NCBI GenBank assembly: GCA_963767945.1
Contig: CAVYGH010000013.1
Location: 70,078-134,077, forward strand
DNA: 64,000 bases
Direction: 5' to 3'
Origin: an uncultured Chloroflexia bacterium
Lineage (GTDB): Bacteria > Chloroflexota > Limnocylindria > Limnocylindrales > CSP1-4
Shown here: piece by piece, positions 15,678 to 23,828 of the stretch
Layout: the number at the start of each line of letters is the position of its first letter
Numbering within the stretch: the stretch's first letter is position 1
Notes under the pieces: generated by a model
Told to the model about the DNA's origin: nothing
The model's input: only the letters and a program-made list of their open reading frames with translations
Databases searched by the model: none
Made by a program: the position numbers and the translations under genes

Positions 15678-17624
15678 ATGAGCCGCGCCGCCGCGTTCCT
15701 GCCCAGGCTCGTGCTGTTCGGGGTCATGGTGATCGTGGGCTTCGTGGTGAGCTCGGCGGTCGTGCTCGCGCTCCAGGACCGAACGCCGCAGTCGGCCGCG
15801 ACCGAGGCGCCCGACTACGTGCTCGCCGGCGCGCCCGACACCCCCGGCGGCTCGCCGGTGCCGGTGGCGTTCGACGCCCTGCCGTCCGGCTCGGCGGTCC
15901 CGCTCGAGTCCCTCGCCCCGGCCGACCTCACCGCGGCCGCCGACACCCTCCTCGGCGCCGAGCCCGCGGCCTACAAGAACCCGTCAGGCTTCCCGCGCGT
16001 GCCGCCGATCTCCCAGTTCGATGGCGGCCCATTCCAGGGCTCGAACTGCACCCTCACCTCGGGCGCGATGCTGGCCCGCCTCGGGTTCGGGATCGTGACC
16101 TCGGGCTCGACGCTGCGCGGGCTCCAGGACGACCAGGATGGGGGGACCGACCTCAACGACCTCAACCAGGCCCTGTGGCGCGGCTACGGGGTCACGTTCA
16201 AGACCGGCTTCCTCCGGCCCGACCAGCTCAAGTCCCTGCTCGCGGAAGGGTTCGGCACCGTCATCCAGGGCGACTACTCGAAGATCCCGCGCGGCCTGCG
16301 CCTCCAGAAGGACTTCCTGGGCGGCCACGCCATCTACCTCGACGGCTACTACCCGGGCAACCCCGACAAGGGCATCCCCGAGGCCTACTACGTGATCGAC
16401 CCGCTGGGCCGGCCGCACTCGGGCTACGAGGGCGACTGGTGGCCGGCGTCGGTGGTCGACGACTTCGCGACCGCGTTCGGCGGCGGACGCGTCCCCGCGA
16501 TGTGGGGCTATCCGCCGGGCGGCGTCCCGCCCGAGGTGGTCGGGCCCGACGTGCTGCCGATCCCCCATGGTGGCGGCGGCGGTGGCGGCGGCGGACCGAC
16601 GTCCACGCCGAAGCCCGGCGAGTCGGCGAGCCCGGGCGCGAGCGCCTCGCCGTCGGTCCCGCCGGTGATCGAGCCCGGCGACCTCCCGCCGGTCACGCCG
16701 GCCGAGGACACCCCGATCGACGGCGGCCCCGACCTCGGCGGCGTGGTCCTGATCCCGATCCTCGAGATCTGCCTCATCGACCCGCCGCCCGCAGGCTGCC
16801 CCACCGGCGTGCCCGCGGTCTTCCAGTTCGAGGCGACGCCGGTCCTCGAGGTCCCGCCCGGGCCATCGGTGGACGTCGTGTTCGTGGACTCGGACCGGCC
16901 CAACGTGGCGATCGTCGGGTTCACGGTCGACCCACCGGGGCCGGCCACGGTCCACGTCTGGCAGCACGACGGCTCGCCGCCGACCATCGGGACGCCGTCG
17001 TCGATGTCCTCGCTCACGCTGTTCGGGACCACGGTCCAGCTCGCCAACCTCGACGTGCTCGCCTCGACCGCCTACGACTTCCAGGTCACGGCCGGCAGCG
17101 GGCTATCGGTCGGGAGCAGCCCCGTCGGCCAGTTCACCACCGGCAACGGCGTCGAGCAGTTCGACGTCGCCCTGTCCCAGGCCGTCTCGCCGACCTTCGC
17201 GCTCGAGGACGGGCTGTCGCCCTACCTCCACCTCGCGCCAGGTGCGTACGCCCTGCCGCTGGTGCCGCTCGCCGACCTCGGCGGCGGGTCGTGCGACGAC
17301 GAGCTCGGCTTCGGCGGCGTGGGCTACTGCGCCGACATCGGACCCGGCGTCGCGGTCCCCGACACCTGCACCCGCGCCCAGGTCACGTACGCGCTGGCTG
17401 GCACCGAGGCCGAGTCCGTCGTGGTCCGGGCGTTCCCCGTCGAGGAGGGCACGACGCCCGAGGGCGAGGTGAGCCTGGAGGCCGTCCTCGAGGCCGAGGG
17501 CCCCGTGCCGTCGGGGGAGGTGAGCGTCGGCTGTCTCGCGCCCGGGCTGGCCTACCACGTCGTGCTCGACGCGATCGGCGACGACCGGGGGATCCTGGCC
17601 TCGGCGGACGTGACGGCGCCCTAG
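15678..17624 (+). CDS. membrane-anchored protein with a possible papain/transglutaminase-like Cys-His-Asp core, a Gly9 linker and a large Pro-rich beta-rich C-terminal region
   Basis: N-terminal TM LVLFGVMVIVGFVVSSAVVLAL. Candidate catalytic triad is GSNCTLTSGAM, GGHAIYLDGYY and YYVIDPLG. Intact, 648 aa. Confidence 0.4.
   Translation: MSRAAAFLPRLVLFGVMVIVGFVVSSAVVLALQDRTPQSAATEAPDYVLAGAPDTPGGSPVPVAFDALPSGSAVPLESLAPADLTAAADTLLGAEPAAYKNPSGFPRVPPISQFDGGPFQGSNCTLTSGAMLARLGFGIVTSGSTLRGLQDDQDGGTDLNDLNQALWRGYGVTFKTGFLRPDQLKSLLAEGFGTVIQGDYSKIPRGLRLQKDFLGGHAIYLDGYYPGNPDKGIPEAYYVIDPLGRPHSGYEGDWWPASVVDDFATAFGGGRVPAMWGYPPGGVPPEVVGPDVLPIPHGGGGGGGGGPTSTPKPGESASPGASASPSVPPVIEPGDLPPVTPAEDTPIDGGPDLGGVVLIPILEICLIDPPPAGCPTGVPAVFQFEATPVLEVPPGPSVDVVFVDSDRPNVAIVGFTVDPPGPATVHVWQHDGSPPTIGTPSSMSSLTLFGTTVQLANLDVLASTAYDFQVTAGSGLSVGSSPVGQFTTGNGVEQFDVALSQAVSPTFALEDGLSPYLHLAPGAYALPLVPLADLGGGSCDDELGFGGVGYCADIGPGVAVPDTCTRAQVTYALAGTEAESVVVRAFPVEEGTTPEGEVSLEAVLEAEGPVPSGEVSVGCLAPGLAYHVVLDAIGDDRGILASADVTAP
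16569..16595 (+). repeat. GGY codon run encoding Gly9
   Basis: ggt ggc ggc ggc ggt ggc ggc ggc gga, in frame with 15678..17624. Confidence 0.8.
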
Positions 17625-17686
17625 GCGGCGCGCGATCCGACATCCGTCCACTGGGCATGGACGGCCGTCGGGCGTAGATTCGAGGC

Positions 17687-19169
17687 ATGGACGCACGACC
17701 CCTGCCACGGGGCGCGGCCACCTCGGCGCCGCACCGCGTGGTCATCATCGGCGGCGGTTTCGCCGGCCTGTATGCCGCCAAGAACCTCGGCAAGGCCGGC
17801 GACCTCGTCGACGTCACCCTGATCGATCGGCGGAACCATCACCTGTTCCAGCCGATGCTCTACCAGGTCGCCACGGGCGCCCTGTCGCCGGGCGAGATCG
17901 CGCAGCCCCTGCGCTCGATCTTCCGCAAGCAGCGCAACACGACCGTGCTGCTCGGGGAGGCGATCGACATCGACGCCCAGAAGCGCGAGGTCCGGCTCTC
18001 GGACGGCGGCCCGGTGCCCTACGACACGCTGATCGTCGCCACCGGCGCCCATCACGCCTACTTCGGTCACGAGGACTGGGCGCCGTACGCGCCGGGCCTG
18101 AAGACCATCGACGACGCGACGGAGATCCGGCGCCGGATCCTGATCGCCTTCGAAGCCGCCGAACGCGAGGCCGACCCGGTCGAGCGGCGGGCGTGGATGA
18201 CGTTCGTGCTCATCGGGGGCGGGCCGACGGGCGTGGAGCTCGCCGGCGCGCTGGGCGAGATCGCCAACGACACGCTGCGCCACGACTTCCGGTCGATCAA
18301 CCCCCAGGACGCCAGGATCGTGCTGATCGAGGCGATGGACCGCCTGCTCGCGACCTACCCGCCCGGGCGCTCCGCCTCGGCGCGCCGCCAGCTCGAGAAG
18401 CTGGGCGTGATGGTGCGCACGAAGACCAAGGTCGTGCACGTGGAGGACGGCCTGGTCCGCATGGAGACGGCGGCCGGCGAGACCCAGCAGATCCACGCCC
18501 ACACCGTGCTCTGGGCCGCGGGCGTCCTGGCGTCGTCGTTCGGGCGGAAGGTCGCGGCGGCGACGGGCGCCGAGACGGACCGCAGCGGCCGGGTGCGCGT
18601 TCGGCCGGACCTCACGGTCCCCGGGCACCCGGAGGTGTTCGTCGTCGGCGATGCGGCCGTCCAGCCGTGGAAGAAGGACCGCGCCACGCCGGGCGTCGCC
18701 CAGGGCGGCATCCAGGGCGGCTCGTACGCGGCCAAGGCCGTCCTCGCGCGCCTCCGCGGGCAGCCGGTGAAGCCGTTCCGCTACAGCAACCACGGTGACG
18801 TCGCGGTCATCGGCCGGCTGCGGGGCGTCACCGACATCCCGTGGATGGGCCCGTTCGGCCAGCAGGGCGGCTTCACCGCCTGGCTGCTGTGGCTGGGCGA
18901 TCCACATCGCGTACCTGATCGGCTTCGCGAACCGGATCGTGGTCGTCACGCGCTGGGCGTTCTCGTTCCTGACCCGCGGCCGGTCGACGCGCCTGATCAC
19001 GGGCCAGCCGCTGGTGCCGCCGATCGAGGCGCCGCTGGCGGTCGACCACGACGGGCCGCCGGACGACGAGCCGCCGGCGGACGGGACGAGCGCCGGCAGG
19101 CACCGTCACCCCGAGGCCCGGGCGGCCGACCCCGAGTCGGCGCCGACCGGCGAGCGCGTCGAGGCCTAG
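17687..19169 (+). CDS. ndh: type II NADH dehydrogenase (NDH-2); one extra base at ~18899 as assembled
   Basis: Dinucleotide folds VVIIGGGFAGL and LIGGGPTGVELAG. The junction reads ...FTAWLLWLG / IHIAYLIGFANRIVVVTRWAFSFL and continues in listed ORF 18795..19169. Confidence 0.85.
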
Positions 19170-20575
19170 GCCCGGGCCCGGTTCGCGGCCACGATCCCAG
19201 CCAGCCGGGCGATCCCGGGCTCGATCGCCGGCTCCCGGATGACGCCGTAGCCGAAGATCAGGCCGCCCGGTCCGGGCGCGATCCGCCGGGCCGCGAGCCC
19301 GCCGACGGCGACGCCGGCCTCGGCAGCGTCCGCGACGGTGCGTGCCTCGTCGACGTCGGGCGGCAGCCACGCGAGCACGTGCAGGCCCGCGGCCGCGCCG
19401 ACCGGCCGGACGTCCGGCAGGTGTCGCGCGAGCGCGGCCAGCAGCGCGTCGCGACGGCCGCGGTAGATCGGCCGCATCCGGCGCAGGTGGTGATCGAGCT
19501 CGCCGCGCTCGAGGACGTCGGCGAACGCGAGCTGGTCGAGGGCCGGCGAGCCCATGTCGGCCGCCTGCTTGCGCTCGACCAGGCTGCCGGTGAGCTCGGG
19601 CGGGGAGAGCAGCCAGCCCAGCCGCAGCCCGGGCGCCAGCACCTTGCTCGCCGACCCCGCGTAGACCACCCGGTCCCGGCACAGGCCCTGGATGGCGCCG
19701 ATGGGCTCGCGGTCGTAGCGGAACTCGGCGTCGTAGTCGTCCTCGACGACCCACGCGCCGCGGCGGGTCGCCCAGTCGGCCAGCGCGGCCCGCCGATCGG
19801 GGGGCAGCACGGCGCCGGTCGGGTACTGGTGGGCGGCGGTGACGACCACGCCATCGACGTCGAGGTCCTCGAGGCGATCGACCCGCAGGCCGTGCTCGTC
19901 CACGGGCACGCCGACCGCGTCGAGCCCGGCCGACGCGAGGGTCGCCCGGTACTCGGGGTCCGAGGGATCCTCCACCGCGATCCGCCGCGCGCCCCGGTCG
20001 CGCAGGACGCGGGCCGTGAGCGCGAGGCCCTGCGCAAACCCGTTGCAGATCACGACGTCGGCGGGGTCGGCGGCGGTGCCGCGGGCGCGGTTGAGGTACG
20101 TCGCGAGGGCGATCCGCAGCTCCGGGGTCCCGGTTCCGCCGAGGTAGGTGAGGCGCTCGCTCGGCGCCTTCGCGAGGGCCGCCCGCAGGCTGCGCAGCCA
20201 CACGGCCCGGGGAAACTCGGACACGTCCGGCCGGCCGGGCCGGAAATCGAACTCGACCGCGGCCGCCGGCTCGATGGCCGGGGCGCGCGCCGGGGCGGCG
20301 ATCGCGGATCGCGCCACCCTTGTCGCGCCCCCGGCCCGGCTCGACAGGTAGCCCTCCGCGACCAGCTGCTCGTACGCCTCGACGACGATCCCGCGCGAGA
20401 CGCCCAACTGGCCGGCGAGCGCGCGCGTCGAGGGCAGCGGGGCCGCGGCGGGCAGCCGGCCGTCGCGGATCGCCTCGCGGAGCGCCTGCTCGAGCTGGCG
20501 ATGGAGCGGGCTCGGGCGCTCGCGGTCGAGCTCGACGAGCAGCTCGAGGTCGGAACTGGTCCTCGTTCTTGCCAT
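19166..20575 (-). CDS. MocR/PdxR-type regulator (GntR wHTH fused to a PLP aminotransferase-like domain)
   Basis: wHTH STRALAGQLGVSRGIVVEAYEQLVAEGYL and an AAT-fold region with SASKVLAPGLRLGW. Start taken at the ATG at 20575 (MARTRTSSDLELLVELD). Confidence 0.8.
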   Translation of the reverse strand: MARTRTSSDLELLVELDRERPSPLHRQLEQALREAIRDGRLPAAAPLPSTRALAGQLGVSRGIVVEAYEQLVAEGYLSSRAGGATRVARSAIAAPARAPAIEPAAAVEFDFRPGRPDVSEFPRAVWLRSLRAALAKAPSERLTYLGGTGTPELRIALATYLNRARGTAADPADVVICNGFAQGLALTARVLRDRGARRIAVEDPSDPEYRATLASAGLDAVGVPVDEHGLRVDRLEDLDVDGVVVTAAHQYPTGAVLPPDRRAALADWATRRGAWVVEDDYDAEFRYDREPIGAIQGLCRDRVVYAGSASKVLAPGLRLGWLLSPPELTGSLVERKQAADMGSPALDQLAFADVLERGELDHHLRRMRPIYRGRRDALLAALARHLPDVRPVGAAAGLHVLAWLPPDVDEARTVADAAEAGVAVGGLAARRIAPGPGGLIFGYGVIREPAIEPGIARLAGIVAANRARA

Positions 20576-20652
20576 CGAAGCGGACCTTATCAGGGGTCCG
20601 GTCTCGCGGCACGATGGTCTCGTCAACCGGTCATCATCACGGAGGCCATGAG

Positions 20653-20784
20653 ATGGACATCCTGTTCGGCATCGGGTCGATCGGCATCATCCTCGCGATC
20701 TTCGGCGTCATCGCGGCCGTCGTCGGCGAGGACACTCGCGACGGGTTCCGCGACGACCCGCGTCTGTCGCAGCGCTACCGGTAG
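20653..20784 (+). CDS. 43-aa single-TM peptide (hypothetical)
   Basis: GGAGG lies 7 nt before the ATG at 20653. Translation is MDILFGIGSIGIILAIFGVIAAVVGEDTRDGFRDDPRLSQRYR. Too short for the ORF track except as the tail of a spurious ORF. Confidence 0.4.
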   Translation: MDILFGIGSIGIILAIFGVIAAVVGEDTRDGFRDDPRLSQRYR

Positions 20785-20790
20785 GCGGCC

Positions 20791-21255
20791 GTGAGCGACT
20801 GGGCCACGTTCGCCGCGGGTGACCCGGGTCTCGCGGACGCCGGACGCCGACTGCTCGAGCGATCCGGGCACGGGTCGGGGCTGCTGGCAACGGTCAGGGG
20901 CGAGGCGCCGCCGCGCATCAGCCCGGTCTCGGTCGCGGTCACGGGTGGGCGCCTGCTGCTGTTCGTGATCATCGACTCGGCCAAGGACCGCGACCTGCTC
21001 GCGGACGGCCGCTACGCGCTCCACGCGCACCAGGATCCCGACGTCCCGCACGAGTTCCAGGTCCGCGGCCGTGCCGCCGAGGTCGCCGACCCGACCGTGC
21101 GCGCCGGCGCGGCGAGCGACTGGTTCTTCGAGGTCGACGACACCTATCGGCTGTTCGAGCTGGACGTCCAGCACGCGCTGCTCGGCGAGCGCGCCTCCGC
21201 CGACGACTGGCCGCCGGTGTACCGCTCGTGGAGGGCGCCGGCGCGTCCGGGCTGA
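20791..21255 (+). CDS. pyridoxamine 5'-phosphate oxidase-like (split-barrel flavin-binding) family protein
   Basis: 154-aa intact ORF with family-typical size and sequence (LLATVRGEAPPRISPVSVAV, YALHAHQD), in a divergent context with a MocR regulator. Confidence 0.5.
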   Translation: MSDWATFAAGDPGLADAGRRLLERSGHGSGLLATVRGEAPPRISPVSVAVTGGRLLLFVIIDSAKDRDLLADGRYALHAHQDPDVPHEFQVRGRAAEVADPTVRAGAASDWFFEVDDTYRLFELDVQHALLGERASADDWPPVYRSWRAPARPG

Positions 21256-21280
21256 CCGCCGCGTGCGCTAGATTGCCGCG

Positions 21281-22639
21281 ATGACCGACGAGGGGGGCAC
21301 GACATGCCGGATCGCGGTCCTCCTGGCGTCGCCCGACGGCACCGAGGTCCGCATCCGCGACGACGCGATCCTCGGGGGTCCGACGCTGCCGTCGGCCACC
21401 GTCGGCTTCATCGACGAGCTGCCGATGGAGCGGACGATCGACGTCGCGGGGGACATCCTCGGCCGGCCGATCGTCCCGCTCCGGCTGACCCTCCGCGCGG
21501 TCGATTCGGACCGCCGTCCCGCCCTCATCGTGGTCGAGGTGGCACCAGGCGCGATCGATGCGGCCGATGGCGGGCGATGGGTGTCGGCCGAGGAGCTCCG
21601 CGACCGGCTGCTGCCGGCTGATCTTCGCGAGACCCTCGCGTGGTGGCTCGATCGAGGCGGCGACGTCGCCGGCGCGCTTCCCCAGGCCGCCTGGACGCGA
21701 CCCGGCTGGTTCGAGCGTGCCTCGGCGTGGATGGCCGAGCACATGGCGCTCGCGAACCTGCCGCCCGACGGCCCGCCACGCGTCGTCTACCTGTGGCCGC
21801 TCTCGGTCGTCCTGCGGGCACCGTCGGGGGCGGGCAGCGCCTACCTGAAGGCCGCCGCGCCGATCTTTCCGCACGAGGCATCGATCACGGCGGCGCTCGC
21901 GGCGCGGTCACCGGACGCCGTGCCCGAGGTCCTCGACGTCGAGCCGGGCGAGAACTGGCTCCTGATGCGCGACATCGGCGGGTCGCTCCTGGGCGACGAG
22001 CCCGCGCCGGCGTGGGGCACCGGCCTCGCGGCTGCCGCCCGGCTGCAGCGGGCGTGGGAGGGGGCGTCCGGCGAGCTGCTCCTCGCCGGGGCCGCGAGGC
22101 GACCCCTCGGCGACCTGGCCGAGCAGGTCCCGGCCATCGTCGAGCGCCTGGGGCTGGGCGATCGAGTCGAGCGGGACCAGCATCGCGCCTGGCGCGCGGC
22201 CATCCCCCGGCTGTCGGCGGCGTGCGCCCGTCTCGAGGGCGTCGGCGTGCCCGAGACGCTCGTCCACGGCGACCTGCACCCCTGGAACATCGCGCGCACG
22301 CCCCGCGGCCTCGTCGTCTTCGACTGGTCAGACAGCGCGATCGGCCATCCGTTCGTCGACCTCGTCACGACCGTGATCCGGACCGAGGACGTCGCCGTCC
22401 GCCGGCGGCTGGCGGACGCCTACCTCTCGGCCTGGCCCGAGGTCTCCCGGGACGACCGGGAAGCGGTTGCCGGCCTCGCGATGGTCGTCGGATCGCTGTA
22501 CCAGGTGCAGAGCTATCTCGCGATCTTCGACACCCTCGACCCGATGGAGACGCTCGACCTCGACGGGGCCGACCTCGGCTGGCTGCAGCGAGCGCGCATG
22601 GCGCTCGACCTCGGGATCGCGGTGCCCGGACGGCGCTGA
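21281..22639 (+). CDS. aminoglycoside/choline-kinase-like phosphotransferase (APH family) with an N-terminal extension
   Basis: Catalytic loop LVHGDLHPWNI followed by VVFDWSDSAIGHPFVDL. Intact, 452 aa. Confidence 0.7.
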   Translation: MTDEGGTTCRIAVLLASPDGTEVRIRDDAILGGPTLPSATVGFIDELPMERTIDVAGDILGRPIVPLRLTLRAVDSDRRPALIVVEVAPGAIDAADGGRWVSAEELRDRLLPADLRETLAWWLDRGGDVAGALPQAAWTRPGWFERASAWMAEHMALANLPPDGPPRVVYLWPLSVVLRAPSGAGSAYLKAAAPIFPHEASITAALAARSPDAVPEVLDVEPGENWLLMRDIGGSLLGDEPAPAWGTGLAAAARLQRAWEGASGELLLAGAARRPLGDLAEQVPAIVERLGLGDRVERDQHRAWRAAIPRLSAACARLEGVGVPETLVHGDLHPWNIARTPRGLVVFDWSDSAIGHPFVDLVTTVIRTEDVAVRRRLADAYLSAWPEVSRDDREAVAGLAMVVGSLYQVQSYLAIFDTLDPMETLDLDGADLGWLQRARMALDLGIAVPGRR

Positions 22640-22649
22640 CCGTGGGACG

Positions 22650-23766
22650 TCAGGAGAAGGTCACCACCTGGCGAGCCGCCCGGCCGGCGCGCAGGCGGTC
22701 GAAGGCGTCCTCGAGGTCCGCGAGCGGCAGGCGGCGGTCGATGAGGCGGTCGACGGGCAGCCGTCCCGCGAGGAACCACTCGGCGTAGCGCGGGAAGTCG
22801 ATCGCGGCGACCGCCGACCCGTAGTTGGAGCCCAGGATCCGGCGCCCGCCATCGACGAACGGGAAGGCCTCGAACCGGGCCGCCTCGCCGAACTTCGTCA
22901 GTCCGACGAGCACGGCCGTCCCGCCCGGCGGCAGCGAGGCGATGGCCTGCTCGATCGTGGCCGGCAGCCCGATCGCCTCGAACACGAAGTCCGGCCCGCC
23001 GTCGCCCGCGGCCTGCCGGATCCCGTCGACCACCGCGCCGGGGTTCGCCGGGTCCGCCTGGACCCAGTGCGTCGCCCCGAGCTCGCCGGCGAGGTCGAGC
23101 TTGGGCCGGCTCACGTCCACGGCGACGATCCGCCGGGCGCCCGCCAGCTCGGCGCCCATCACGCACGACAGCCCCACGCCACCGAGGCCGATCACCGCGA
23201 CCGTCGAGCCCGCCGGCACCTCGGCCGTCTTGATCACCGCCCCGACGCCCGTGGACACCCCGCACCCGATCAGGGCCGCGACCTCGGGCGGGACCGCCGT
23301 CGGGCATGGGCACGACCGCCGTCGCCGGGACGACCTGGGCCGTCGCCATCGTCCCGATCGAGAGGTAGGCGAGCACCGGCGTCCCGTCCGCCCGCGCGAG
23401 GCGCGTGGTGCCGTCCGCCTGCGCGTGGCGCAGCGACGGCGATCCCGAGCACAGCCATTGGCGACCGCGCTGGCACTCCCGGCAGCGCAGGCACGGGGCG
23501 TACCAGGAGAGCGCGACCGGCCGGCCGACGACGTCGCGGTCGAGGCCCTCGCCGACCGCCTCGATCACGCCGGCGCCCTCGTGGCCGAGGACGATCGGTC
23601 CCGGGCGATCCCAGTCGCCATCGCGGACGTGCAGGTCGGAGTGGCAGACGCCCGAGGCCGTCATCCGGACGAGCACCTCGCCCGGCCGCGGGTCATCGAG
23701 GCGCAGCGTCTCGACGGCGCTCCGCTCGCCCGCGCGCTCGATGACCGCCGCCTCGATCTCCCGCAT
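22650..23766 (-). CDS. zinc-dependent alcohol dehydrogenase family; one extra base at ~23296 as assembled
   Basis: Motifs GVCHSDLH and GHEGAGVIEAVG. The junction reads ...VVPMPDG / VPPEVAALIGCGVSTGVGAVIK, followed by the NAD fold VIGLGGVGLS. Confidence 0.85.
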
Positions 23767-23828
23767 GCGCTAACGATGCCCGATCGCGGGCGGACGAGCG
23801 TGCCGCCCGGGCGTGCCGCCCGCGGCGC

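Noticed and set aside
16569-16595. GGY repeat as a phase-variation (contingency) tract
   Set aside because: The unit is a trinucleotide interrupted by GGT codons, so slippage would keep the frame and only change the Gly count. It is not an on/off switch.
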